Translations under genes and position numbers: made by a program | NCBI GenBank assembly: GCA_000004985.1 | Contig: GG738859.1 | Reading direction: 5' to 3' (one strand) | Length of the DNA: 64,000 nt | Source of the DNA: Naegleria gruberi | Lineage: Eukaryota | Shown here: positions 25,601-35,718 of the stretch, in pieces | How positions within the stretch are numbered: the first letter of the stretch is position 1 | How the letters are laid out: every line of letters starts with the position of its first letter | The notes under the pieces: model-generated | What the model was told of the DNA's origin: nothing | Databases searched by the model: none | The model's input: only the letters and a program-made list of their open reading frames with translations

Positions 25601-26151
25601 GAAAACCTCTTGGTTCTTGGATAGAAGATCTTGTTGAAAGAGTAGCATTCATGAGAGGTTGGTTGAGAAATGGATTACCAAAAGCATTCTGGCTGTCTGG
25701 ATTCTTCTTCCCTCAAGGCTTTTTCACTGGTGTTCTTCAAACTTACGCTAGAAAGTACAATGTAGAAATTGATTCCTTGTCATTCTCGTTCAGAGTTCTC
25801 TTCGAAATGACTCCTGAAGAAATCCATGAAGGCCCTGAGGACGGTGTTTATGTTTATGGTTTATACTTGAATGGTGCCAAGTGGAATAAGGAAAGAGACA
25901 CCCTAGAGGAATCAGAACCTGGAGAAATGAATGTGAAAATGCCAATTATTCACTTCCTTCCAGAGAAGAATCACAAAACATCACCAAAATGTTATGAGGC
26001 TCCACTTTACAAGACCAGTGAAAGAAAAGGAAAACTATCCTCTCTTGGTCAATCAACAAACTTTGTTATTTCAGTAGAGTTACCAACAGAAAAACCACCA
26101 GCCCACTGGATATCTGAAGGTGTTGCTCTGCTTTGCCAACTAGATATTTAA
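13658..26151 (+). CDS. Axonemal dynein heavy chain, single-headed inner-arm type (~4,090 aa); 4 exons
   Basis: Exons are ~13658..14156, 14200..14382, 14432..25285 and 25328..26151. Introns are GTTGGT...AAAAG, GTTAGT...TTTTAG and GTAAGT...TTTTAG. The N-terminal region motif is YYTLSATGVTHFINGEADFTPLTRWVQEHDTFQKILKIKFFANFRKWKAF. The AAA1 P-loop is GPAGTGKTE, AAA2 is GPTGGGKSE, AAA3 is GKTGVGKTS and AAA4 is GVGGSGKQS. Coiled-coil stalk, AAA5/6 and the conserved C-terminal domain (FWLSGFFFPQGFFTGVLQTYARKYNVEIDSL) are all present. The start codon is uncertain. Confidence 0.85.
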
Positions 26152-26299
26152 TAAATGTATTTATTTAAATAATTTACAATACTTTATTCATAATTATGGA
26201 TGATATGAGTATTCAGTGCAAAACTCGATAGAATTTTTGAAAAATTTTTGTTGATAAAGATTACCATTCTCACTCCCCCAACATACTTATTTAACTTAG

Positions 26300-27016
26300 T
26301 CAATTAGAATCAATATACAACTCACCTTGATTACAAGATTGGCATTGAGTAAATTTATCTGTATTCAAGTATGTTTTTTCGAAAACTAAATGTTCAATAT
26401 CTTCTTTTTTTACCTCTATCACTTGTCCATTACAACTGAAACATCTTGCAAAAATATTTTCCTTTTTAAATATTATCTTAAATTCATTTACAACTTCCTT
26501 CAATTGGTCATATTTTCCTATTGATTTTACAATATAATATTTATACTTTTGCTGCTCTTCTTCTTGTACAATTTCAATAAGTTCCTGCCTTTCTTCCTCA
26601 ATTTCTTCTTCCGTTTTTGGTTTCATTAATCTTTGTTGAACTAGACTTTCAACTAAGGCTTTATCACCGAGTATTTTAATTTTCTTTTTATAATTTTCCA
26701 ACTTTTCTTCTTGTTGCCTAATTCTCTGTAAGAGTTTTGTAGATTTGGTTATGATCATTCTATCCTCATTCCTTGCCAGGTACAAAATATATGCATCAGA
26801 ATATTCATTGCTGTAAACAGCATCAACTCCTAATTTTCGTAAATGAGACCCAACACCACACAAAGTCCCATCAAGAATATACTTTCCATCATTTCCAAAA
26901 ATAATTTCCTCCTTCTGAATATCATTTTCTTTATTTTCCAATAATATTATTTCTTCTTCTTTTTGTTGATTATTTTCATTTGGTTGGTGAATTTCCTCTG
27001 AGATCTTGTCAGTCAT
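26300..27016 (-). CDS. Mut7-C (DUF82) PIN-like ribonuclease-domain protein with C-terminal zinc ribbon
   Basis: The 238-aa ORF has a core ILDGTLCGVGSHLRKLGVDAVY...YILYLARNEDRMIITKSTKL, which resembles the Mut7-C/DUF82 fold. The C-terminus is FARCFSCNGQV...FTQCQSCNQGELY (CxxC...CxxC). The acidic/K-rich N-terminus is low complexity. Confidence 0.5.
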   Translation of the reverse strand: MTDKISEEIHQPNENNQQKEEEIILLENKENDIQKEEIIFGNDGKYILDGTLCGVGSHLRKLGVDAVYSNEYSDAYILYLARNEDRMIITKSTKLLQRIRQQEEKLENYKKKIKILGDKALVESLVQQRLMKPKTEEEIEEERQELIEIVQEEEQQKYKYYIVKSIGKYDQLKEVVNEFKIIFKKENIFARCFSCNGQVIEVKKEDIEHLVFEKTYLNTDKFTQCQSCNQGELYIDSN

Positions 27017-27121
27017 TTTTTTTGAATTATTTTAATAATATTCAATCCCGAAGTTGCATTATTGAGAAAACTAGTGACAATCTTTACAATTTAATACCGA
27101 ATTTTCCAAAGTTTTAAAAAC

Positions 27122-28090
27122 GTGTCAAAAAAAATGGAATACAAACTCTCTCGTGAAACTTATGATTTGTATTGCTCTCTGTTGAGTAGTGCTGTAAAGA
27201 GTCATCGTTCTGGGAGTATTCTCACTCCATTTCCTATGTATTTTATGAAGAATTCAAAGAAGGATTTTGATCATTTGAAGAAGACCTTGTCCGAGATGCC
27301 TCAATCAGATCAATTATTTAAAAAACAAAATGAAATGATTTTTAGTGATATGAATAATAATTTAGTAGAGAAAATTCGGGAATGGATTGAAACCAATTGG
27401 AAAGATAAATATGAGGAATGTAATTTGGACGATATTGTTGCCTTGATGGAATTTATTATGAAGAAACAATCAAATAAGAAGTTTTCTGTTCATTATATTT
27501 CATACCAGGAGTATTTGAAAAAAAATCCAAAATTATTGATGAAACCAGATCATATATTTGAATTGAAATATAATAGTGATGAATTTGATAGGAAGAGTAA
27601 TGATTTTTATACAGGTTTTCATGGAAGCTCAATTGAAAATTTCTTTTCAATCATTACAAATTCGTTACAAAATTATTCTGATACTGAGCTAATGAGAACT
27701 GGAAATGCCTTTGGAAATGGAATTTATTTATGTGAAGATGTGAGAGTGGCAAGAGATTTTTCGAAAGGAGCTGTTATTGATTGGAAAAATACAACACTTG
27801 GAAGTTATTTATCTGCAGTTGTTCAATGTAAAGTAGTGGGTAAACCACATTATGCACTAAAGGGTCAACAAGAATCAAACGAAAAGAATAGATATTTGAT
27901 TGTAAATAGAAGCGAAGATGTTAGAATTCAATATGTTTTATTATTTTCCCATTTCAAAAATGAAAAAGAATTAGAAAGCTCAAGAAAGTTTTCCTATGGT
28001 ATGATCTATGTCTATATTATTCTCTTACTTGCTCTAATAATAGGAAATTATTGGAAGGATATCAAGAGAGAATTAAAGAGATATAATTAA
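27122..28090 (+). CDS. PARP16: PARP16-like tail-anchored mono-ADP-ribosyltransferase
   Basis: The 322-aa ORF is collinear with human PARP16 as recalled. [23 protein letters not shown] matches [42 protein letters not shown] matches [31 protein letters not shown] matches [24 protein letters not shown] matches RVKYLLVYSQ. A single C-terminal TM ([18 protein letters not shown]) indicates a tail anchor. Confidence 0.8.
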   Translation: [322 protein letters not shown]

Positions 28091-28651
28091 TTACTTGTTA
28101 TTTTCACTTTCCCTTAGTTCAACAATTTTGTTTCGTTCAGTGACAATTTCCTCCCACAATTTCTTGTTTTCTCTTTGTCTCTTTCTTTCTCCTCTCTCCA
28201 GAGCCCTCTTAAAAGGTGGTGAATCTTCCTTTAAGTATTCAACACACCAGAGAGCTGAATAATAGGCAATAACAGCCAGTATTGGATATAAAATTAATTT
28301 TTCATACCATTCAAAATCTGCTTTTGATTCTGCAAGTTTGACATATTCCTCATACTTTTTATCAATTACCTTCTTTTTCTTTTCAAATAATTCATAATCA
28401 AAATTTTTATCATTCTTTAATTCTTGTAAATCCAATTTTTTAATTTGCTGAATATCACTTCCTTCCTTTTCCTTGACATCGTTATTATTTTGATTTTCCA
28501 ATTTAATATTACTATAAAATGTTCTCTGTATCAGTGTTGCTGTATTATTAGTATTAATAATTGTTCCATTGATTTTATTGCTTCGGAGGAGTGGCACCAA
28601 GATGTTTCTTATTGTTGATGGTGAAGAGAGTTGTGATCGTAACTTGAACAT
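28091..28651 (-). CDS. Hypothetical protein with a mitochondrial-presequence-like N-terminus, a coiled coil and one TM segment
   Basis: The 186-aa ORF starts MFKLRSQLSSPSTIRNILVPLLRS (R/S-rich, no acidic residues). The middle is K/E-rich. The TM segment is LILYPILAVIAYYSALWCV. The C-terminal tail is basic. No family was recognised. Its stop codon abuts the PARP16 stop. Confidence 0.4.
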   Translation of the reverse strand: MFKLRSQLSSPSTIRNILVPLLRSNKINGTIINTNNTATLIQRTFYSNIKLENQNNNDVKEKEGSDIQQIKKLDLQELKNDKNFDYELFEKKKKVIDKKYEEYVKLAESKADFEWYEKLILYPILAVIAYYSALWCVEYLKEDSPPFKRALERGERKRQRENKKLWEEIVTERNKIVELRESENNK

Positions 28652-28723
28652 TTTTTAATTTTGAAAATTATCAGTAGCTATTGCCTAAGGAATCATCAAA
28701 TATTATTAATAATAACAAATAAA

Positions 28724-29215
28724 ATGTCCTCTCTCGTTGAACAACAATCAACAACAAATGGTTTATCAATGATCAGACCTGATAGTGAAGTGGATTCCGA
28801 TCTTGTGATCAAGAGATTTAGATTAGACTATTTGAATGATGAAAAATTGTACATTCTCATCATTTTCCGAAAGGATACACCATCAAATATTTGGGTATGG
28901 ATTGGAGCTCAAGAGGCTCCACTCTTCAAATACCTGTCTGTTTCTTTGCAATCCAAATATGTAAGTGTTTTTGTGAATTCAAACAGAGAAATAATGAGAT
29001 TTAAATACACAGTCAACCTCTCTTAATGGAGCTCTCAGTACCTCAGTAATGGGACATTCATCCATGGGACTTCCTTCTACAAGTTCTGGTATATCGGAAA
29101 GACTAACCATGAAGTTTAAGAAGGTATTTATTGTAAGCTATAACCTAAAAGAGGACCAAGATGGTCAAAAACAACTATTTGTTGAGAAGAATGTGTTCGA
29201 TATTTTCAAAAAACT
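28724..29215 (+). CDS. Hypothetical small protein, 2 exons
   Basis: Exon 1 is MSSLVEQQS...DSDLVIKRFRLDYLNDEKLYILIIFRKDTPSNIWVWIGAQEAPLFKYLSVSLQSKY. After a GTAAGT...ACACAG intron (~28968..29019) comes STSLNGALSTSVMGH...LTMKFKKVFIVSYNLKEDQDGQKQLFVEKNVFDIFKKLFN*. The IWVWIG core is weakly reminiscent of a gelsolin-type fold; family unassigned. Confidence 0.35.
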
Positions 29216-29298
29216 TTTCAATTAATTTTACAATTTGTTATTAAATTAAATTAACAAAACCACTATTAAATTATTAAATAAATAAATTTCCTATTAAA

Positions 29299-29783
29299 TT
29301 ATTGTTGTTGCTTTGAACCGTGTTCCTTTTCCCATCTCAAGATGAAATCTGGCTTGTATTTTGGTAAAGTTCTTTCCAAATATGTGTCTCTATTACTGTG
29401 GATCTTCTTTGCAGCTAACAAATTTCCAGTTTTCTATATCCATGGTGATGATGAGGATTTAATAACAAATAAATAATATAATTTTCATAGTGAAAATTCA
29501 TGATGAAAAATTTGGTGTTGATGATGTTGTTATTTTGTTATTATGATGGCAAATAAAGCCAATCACATATAAATGATAATGATGGTGTCAAATATTCCTC
29601 TCTCTAACGGAAACTTACATTAACAATATATTCATTAGCAACAGCCAAACCGACCATGACAAAACCACTGACAACGAACAAAGATGTTGGATTGAAAGTT
29701 CTCAATGTCTCCTTCCAAGACATTGTTGCCAATCTTTGATACCATGCTGGTGAGGCTTTACCTTGTGGACCGTCAGTAACCAT
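29299..29783 (-). CDS. Small single-pass membrane protein (possible mitochondrial inner-membrane/respiratory-chain accessory subunit), 2 exons
   Basis: Exon 1 is MVTDGPQGKASPAWYQRLATMSWKETLRTFNPTSLFVVSGFVMVGLAVANEYIVN (one TM). After a ~190-nt GTAAGT...TATAG intron comes KTGNLLAAKKIHSNRDTYLERTLPKYKPDFILRWEKEHGSKQQQ*. No confident family match by eye. Confidence 0.4.
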
Positions 29784-29810
29784 TTTTTTAATTGTAATTG
29801 TATCTAAAAA

Positions 29811-30341
29811 ATGAAGTCAAGTATGCTCTTGCATAAATTGAAGGCAACCAGAAGTGGAGCCTCTTTGCTTTCCAGAAATTTTTCATCATCATCAATTTGC
29901 TCTTTCCACACTAATACTTTGAATTTGGAAAATAATACATTTAATAACAATCTTTCTCAACCAATAAATCGTTTGGAATGGAAGCAAGCAATTTTATCGG
30001 ACGGAACAGTGTTTTATAGTCATCCAACATGGGAAGAAGTTGTTGCTGAAAAACAAAGAAGAATTGAAATGGCTAAGAATAATACAACTAACGGAACACT
30101 TAATGCTGCTCAAATACAAGTTGTTAGACAATTACACGAACAAGACCCAGCAAAATATACTTCTGCAGTTTTAGCAGCAATGTTCCGTGTTAAACCAACT
30201 TATGTTGTACAAGTAATCGATAGAATGGCTGTTCAAAGTGACAGAGTTAAATGGCAGGCCAAGAAGGAAATTAGAGCACTCAAGAAGAAGAATCAAAATA
30301 GACCAAGAAGAGGTACTAAGGAATATAACGACAAATATTAA
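29811..30341 (+). CDS. Hypothetical protein with a predicted mitochondrial presequence
   Basis: The 176-aa ORF has the N-terminus MKSSMLLHKLKATRSGASLLSRNFSSSS (basic, hydroxylated). The C-terminal half is basic (KKEIRALKKKNQNRPRRGTKEY). Family not recognised; a mitoribosomal or assembly-factor role is plausible but unproven. Confidence 0.4.
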   Translation: MKSSMLLHKLKATRSGASLLSRNFSSSSICSFHTNTLNLENNTFNNNLSQPINRLEWKQAILSDGTVFYSHPTWEEVVAEKQRRIEMAKNNTTNGTLNAAQIQVVRQLHEQDPAKYTSAVLAAMFRVKPTYVVQVIDRMAVQSDRVKWQAKKEIRALKKKNQNRPRRGTKEYNDKY

Positions 30342-30370
30342 ACTATACATTTACTTATGGATAATTATAC

Positions 30371-32585
30371 CTAGGTCTTTTTCACTGTCTTGCTCAAAAA
30401 ACTGAGAGTTGGTCTCATTAATCTACTACCACTATTACTTGGAGAATTTCCACTCTGAGAGGATCCACCTGATTTAGTTAGTGTTCTCTTACTATTGAGA
30501 CTGGAAGAAAGGTCATTTGTTGATTGTTGCTTATTCAACGTTGAGGATGCTGTTCCACCGAAACTAGATCTTAGTGTAGTCCTTTCGGCTGCATTAACGT
30601 AAACTCCTGAATTTTCTTCTTCATCTTTTGGTCTGCTCTTAGGTGCTGAAGAAGGTCTCTTTTTACCATTTCCACTAATATCATTCTTAAGGGTACTACT
30701 AATGGTTGGTTGATGTAAAGTTGAGGACATTGGTCTGGTGAGAGATGTCCTGGTTACACTAGGTGAAATTGACCTCTTTTCTCGTGTGGTTGTTCCTGAG
30801 GTCTTTACGAAAAGAGGAGCATCTGTGGCAAGAGATCCTGTATATGAGTAATTAGTGGTATTTTCAGCGTCAACTTGCTTGGAGAGTCTATGATTCAAAT
30901 TAGAATAGGTTGTTACGGTTGCATTTGACGATTCAGTATTATTTTCTGGTTCGCTTCTCTTAGGTGGAGTTGGTTTTCTGAATTTCATTGGAGCATGAGA
31001 CACTGGAGTCTTTGGAGTACTTGAGTTTGTTGAAAACGAACTTGGTCTTCTTCTTCCCGAGTTGTTTAAAGAGTTGTTATTAGAATTTAAGGCTGTGCTC
31101 ATATTTGTTGAATGTTGCATTGAGGAAACTTGAGTAATTGGCTTTTTCTTCTTCTTCTTTTTAATGTCATCCTCAACATCAATGCTTGCAATGGAGCTTC
31201 TTTCAGAAAAACTATCTGAAATATTATCCTTTGCAACAAGTGGTTTTGGATCCATTGTGGGCATTGGTTGTTTTAACACAGGAGTAAATAAAGTTGCTGG
31301 CAAATTATTCTTTGCCTCTGGTCCTGTCAAAATTTGGAGTCCATCATTGTCACAAGAATCATCCAATGAATTAGTTTCCGGATCAATTAAAGTTAAACTT
31401 CTTGGTTTAGCATCCATAATTCTTGGTATTTCTTTAGGTTTTATACTAGGAATTTCTTTCACTGGTTCAGTGACAGTTTGTGGGACCACTTGTTGAGGGA
31501 TCACATCTTGACTTGGATTTGAAGGACTTGAGCTATTTGATGATGTTCCTGATGTTGAAGGATTGGTATTATTAATGTTAGATGATGTTACTGTTGTTGG
31601 AATTTGGTTGTTAGAAGGAATTGTTGGAGAATTTTGAGTGAGGATTGGTTGAATTGTTTCAGTTTGTTGTATTGGAATTTGAACCTGTTGAGGTAACAAC
31701 TTTACTCTAAGGATTCCTTTAATTGGAACTCGTTCCTTTGTTTTAGGATCAACTGTTGATACCATATGTCTACTTCCCGGCGGCTCCTCTCTCAGTGATA
31801 TTGTGAGCTTTTTCCTCATATTCTTCTTTGGTGGAGGTGGCAAAGGTTCTGTCAAAGGCAAACTATTCAAGTACTGATAAAGTTGTATTATTCAAATAAA
31901 ATTGGGTACATACTGTATTTTTCAAAAGTAATTGATGAATTTCCTCTTCAGTACTGGAAGGAAGATCTACTGAAAATATATCCTTAGTTGCATTGTTTTT
32001 ACGAGCAAATTCTTTCAATTGTCTCAAGAAGTAATTCTTAATTCTCATATCTGGATGAGCTACTTGCATAAAGGCAAGAGTACTCTCCAATGACCAAGAA
32101 TATTTGAAAATAAAATAAGCAGCAATTAAAACACATGACCTGGAATTTCCATGAAATGATTGCACTAAAACACACTCTCCCTTTTCGAATGCTTGATCTA
32201 TAAAATTGGCTACACGTGTAATATTTCTATCTCTACTATCAAGTAAAACGGTTGTTGGAACATCCCTCCAAGGAAACGTTAAATATTCAATTCCATGATC
32301 AGCATATATATTTGCAGCTTCCAATCCAGCACAGTTTACTACATGGCTCACTTTGTTTGAAAAAAGGAATTCATCATCTTGTGCAGCAATAGAATTTCCT
32401 ACAAATAGACCATCCATAATTCTGACTGCTAATAAAAGTGTAGGACCAGGAGTTTCTACTGGTACAAAGTGTGGTTGCTGTTGTTGGTTTCCAAAACTTC
32501 TGGAATTAGTTATTGTATGGTTGAATAACCCTCCTCCAAAATCGGAGGAAGAATTATTAGCAACCTTTGATATAATATTATTCAT
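30371..32585 (-). CDS. DUSP-fold pseudophosphatase (catalytic Cys->Ser, His->Gln) with a long S/T/P/N-rich C-terminal tail; 2 exons
   Basis: ORF 31863..32585 has a dual-specificity phosphatase fold (VSHVVNCAGLEAANIY...WRDVPTT...FIDQAFEKGECVLVQSFHGNSRSCVLIAAYFIF...LESTLAFMQV). The HCxxGxxRS loop reads QSFHGNSRS. A ~40-nt intron (GTATGT...TTATCAG, ~31864..31903) joins it to ORF 30371..31870 (YLNSLPLTEPLPPPPKK..., then ~480 aa of low complexity). Confidence 0.7.
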
Positions 32586-32720
32586 CAGAGACGATTATTT
32601 CGCTGAATAGTCTGACTATCAATGATGTCCTTAATGATGGGTTTTCTCTACTACAGTTAGCTTACAAGTTGTATTTGTAAATAGAGGGAACGGCTACTGT
32701 TATTTTTTTAAAATTTAAAA

Positions 32721-32951
32721 ATGTTTTCCCGCCATCAAGCAACAAGAGTAGAGCTGAATCAAGATGATGTAGCAGAGTTTGAAAGGACGATACAGGAAAT
32801 CGAAGATGAATTATCAAGAAACCAACAAGTAGAGTCCGATCAACAACAACAAGTAGATAATAATTTAAATATTCCTTCTTCATTAAATAATAGAATTGAC
32901 CCAAATACAGATATTAGAATTGGTTATTCGGAACAACAAAGAAGATTTTAA
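32721..32951 (+). CDS. Small acidic/Gln-rich ORF (76 aa) of doubtful coding status
   Basis: The sequence is MFSRHQATRVELNQDDVAEFERTIQEIEDELSRNQQVESDQQQQVD... It sits in the gap between two minus-strand genes, and its stop codon is directly adjacent to the AK6 stop. No family recognised. Confidence 0.2.
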   Translation: MFSRHQATRVELNQDDVAEFERTIQEIEDELSRNQQVESDQQQQVDNNLNIPSSLNNRIDPNTDIRIGYSEQQRRF

Positions 32952-33560
32952 TTATTTTTGAATTTTGTTTTGTACAAGAGAAACAATGAATTCTGCATTA
33001 TTATTCAGATCCATTATTGTGATGTTTTGCTTTTCAAAAACAATTTCTGGTTTGTAACTTTCTTGAGCTTCATCCGAACAAACTTGGAAAATTTCGCAAT
33101 CAACATTTTCTTGAACTTTTTGTTCTGAATATCCTCTCTTTTCCAAACGTTTAAATAATACATCAGGATCACATCTTAAAACAATAACAAAATCAATCCA
33201 TCGTTCTGGGAATAATTCACTACTATGATAATCGATAACAAATCCCTTTTCCAAATCAGATAATTTTTCTTCTAAATGATCCAAAAGTTTATCTTCATCA
33301 AGAACATATGTATCTCTTTCACTATCGAATTCCTCAACAAATTGTTCACCTTTAGCAATTTCGGAAACATTCAAATATTCATAATTTGTTAAATTAAGTT
33401 TTTCCTTTAAAGAATTGATAACAGCTTCTCCCATAACAGTCTTTCCGACACCAGGGGTTCCTGTCTCATAACGATATGTTAGATGATGATTTACTTCAAT
33501 GTCCAAACTTACCTGTGATGAGGATATTTGGATAGGTACGAAGATCTGGTGATGTTTGCA
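32952..33560 (-). CDS. AK6: Adenylate kinase isoenzyme 6 (AK6/Fap7/hCINAP); 2 exons
   Basis: Exon 1 (33513..33560) is MQTSPDLRTYPNILIT. A 42-nt GTAAGT...GAGACAG intron follows. Exon 2 (32952..33470) is GTPGVGKTVMGEAV...YLNVSEIAKGEQ...YVLDEDKLLDHLEE...GFVIDYHSSELFPERWIDFVIVLRCDPDVLFKRLEKRGYSEQKVQENVDCEIFQV. The P-loop and overall order are typical of the AK6 family. Confidence 0.85.
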   Translation of the reverse strand, partial: CKHHQIFVPIQISSSQVSLDIEVNHHLTYRYETGTPGVGKTVMGEAVINSLKEKLNLTNYEYLNVSEIAKGEQFVEEFDSERDTYVLDEDKLLDHLEEKLSDLEKGFVIDYHSSELFPERWIDFVIVLRCDPDVLFKRLEKRGYSEQKVQENVDCEIFQVCSDEAQESYKPEIVFEKQNITIMDLNNNAEFIVSLVQNKIQK

Positions 33561-33612
33561 TTTTTTAATTGAATTCACTCAAAAATTATTTGAAGTGCCA
33601 AATGTTATTTAT

Positions 33613-35718
33613 TCAGTTTTCTTCATCACTCATGGTACCATGTTGTTCTTTTGTTAATACTTGATGATCTTGTTCCTCTTCTTGCTCTGACTCATCCTGT
33701 TCTGATCTATCCTTAGTATCTGAAAAGACATAGAGTATGTGACACTCTCCACGACCAATATTTTTCATACTATATGAATTGAATGGTGGAATATGAATTA
33801 CAGATCCAAGTTTCATTTGGATGGCTGGGTTTGTATGTACAACGACGGATGCCTGACCTTTCAAAATATATAAAACCTCAGATTGGGTACTAGTATTGGA
33901 GCTTGGTTTTATACCACCAGGTTGAATTATTATTGTTCCTACACCTACACCCTTCTCTGTCAATGAACTGTAGATTGAAAGTTGTGCTGTATCTTCATTA
34001 GCTTTGATGGTAGCATAACCACCAGCCTTAGTTTCATCCTTTCTGAATTTGAAATGTGAACTTTGATGCATTTGGGCAGTAGCATAAATTTTAACATCCT
34101 CCTCTTCGCCAAACTCATTCATAACTTTGTAGATTCCATCAGTTACATCACTAAGTGGATCAACTTTTCTCTTTCTTGGCTCTACAGGAGCCTTCTTCTT
34201 CTTTTCTGGTTCTGTAACAACTGGTTTGACTTTCATTAGTTTACCAGCTTCCTTAGGCAAAGGTCTTTCATTTTCCCAAAATTTACATGGTTTAGTGACC
34301 TTTCTTCTCAATCTAGAATCCACAGAGTTACTTGTTTGAATGCCCAATGGATCTGTTCCATTATCAACATCCTCATTTTGAGTGCTGATAAGTGTTGTAT
34401 TGAGCATATCATTTTCTTCTTCATTTTCACTAACAGCAGCATTGAAATCTTCGTCGTCTTTGTAAACCTTTTCATTCACTTCTTTGGCTTCCTCGTCGTC
34501 TGTTTCATCTACATTTTCTATATCTTTTAAAAGAGCTTCTCTGAGTACATATTTTTCTCCAATCAGCTCTGTTTGCTTTTGGGAAAGTTTTACTTCTTCA
34601 TCACGATAAAAGTCTCGCCCTAAATCCACATTAGATTTTTCCAGCTGAGTAGGTCCAATACCAGAGTCCTCTAGTGTTGCTTTCGGTTGAGAAGATTTAT
34701 CAGATTCGTATTCAGATTCTGATTCAGGTTCTGATTGAGGAAGCGATGCAGGGAAACTTTTAAGTGCTTGTTTTTGTTGCCTAGATTTTAAACTTCTTCT
34801 ATTTTCTCTGTCATCTGATTCATCGTCATCTTGTTCTTCCTCAGAGGATGAGGATTTCTCATAAATATATTTCTTTGTTTTCCTAGGTTCTGATATCTTT
34901 CTTTTCTTAGGTTCTGGTTGGAATGTTTGTTCCTCCTGCTCTTCAAAAAGATTATCGAATGCATGATCATCATCTAAGCCTCCTTGTTCAATATCAAATG
35001 TAGGTGTAGGTGTAGGAGGTGCAATGATATCTGCAGCTTCTGCTGGTTGTTCTTCTTCCCTGAAGGTGTCTAGAACTGGTGAAACAGGTGGTAGGGATAT
35101 TTTAGGTGAATCGGGTTTCTTAGGTTGCTTAATTGTGACAGTTGGTATTTTCACAGAAGTGTCATCCTCGGAAGATGATGTGACATACTCCATTGAAGTT
35201 TTATCAATTTTAAGAGCTTCATCTGGAGATTGTTCATCACCTGATGAACGAAAAGTAACAGCTGTCTTTGAGCTTAGCATACTCATGGTATCATCACTAT
35301 CATTCATAGTAATGTTTGATAATGACAATACACTCGATTGGTCATCTCTATGTAATTGTTGATTAAAGTTCTGATTATTGTTTGCTTCAAAGAAGGCATT
35401 CGGATCAACAGAGTCGGTATTTACAATTATTTGTCCAGATCTTTTACCAATATTTTGGAAAGCATTCTGTGATGCCAACACATCATCATAACCTTCTCTT
35501 TGGCGGGTTCGTGGAATATAACCAGTACCTTCTCTTGTTTGTAAGGCTGATCTTCTAGGTGCTCTTTCCGCAAATAGTGCTGCTGTTAATGATGCAGATG
35601 GTGGTCCCATTATTGGTGGTTGTTGGTTGTTGGCATTTGATGATGATGGTTGTTGGTTACTATTTGATGCCGAAGGGAAACCATCTTGTCTTTCATTATT
35701 CATTTTTGAATTATTCAA
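33613..35718 (-). CDS. CENPC: CENP-C/Mif2-like kinetochore protein (CENP-C motif + C-terminal cupin)
   Basis: The 701-aa ORF has a disordered S/N/Q/E-rich N-terminal two-thirds. The CENP-C motif is SVDSRLRRKVTKPCKFWENERPLP (compare human RRTKRTRLKPLEYWRGERI, recalled from memory). The C-terminal cupin fold is GTIIIQPGGIKPS...EVLYILKGQASVVVHTNPAIQMKLGSVIHIPPFNSYSMKNIGRGECHILYVF. Confidence 0.7.
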   Translation of the reverse strand: MNNSKMNNERQDGFPSASNSNQQPSSSNANNQQPPIMGPPSASLTAALFAERAPRRSALQTREGTGYIPRTRQREGYDDVLASQNAFQNIGKRSGQIIVNTDSVDPNAFFEANNNQNFNQQLHRDDQSSVLSLSNITMNDSDDTMSMLSSKTAVTFRSSGDEQSPDEALKIDKTSMEYVTSSSEDDTSVKIPTVTIKQPKKPDSPKISLPPVSPVLDTFREEEQPAEAADIIAPPTPTPTFDIEQGGLDDDHAFDNLFEEQEEQTFQPEPKKRKISEPRKTKKYIYEKSSSSEEEQDDDESDDRENRRSLKSRQQKQALKSFPASLPQSEPESESEYESDKSSQPKATLEDSGIGPTQLEKSNVDLGRDFYRDEEVKLSQKQTELIGEKYVLREALLKDIENVDETDDEEAKEVNEKVYKDDEDFNAAVSENEEENDMLNTTLISTQNEDVDNGTDPLGIQTSNSVDSRLRRKVTKPCKFWENERPLPKEAGKLMKVKPVVTEPEKKKKAPVEPRKRKVDPLSDVTDGIYKVMNEFGEEEDVKIYATAQMHQSSHFKFRKDETKAGGYATIKANEDTAQLSIYSSLTEKGVGVGTIIIQPGGIKPSSNTSTQSEVLYILKGQASVVVHTNPAIQMKLGSVIHIPPFNSYSMKNIGRGECHILYVFSDTKDRSEQDESEQEEEQDHQVLTKEQHGTMSDEEN

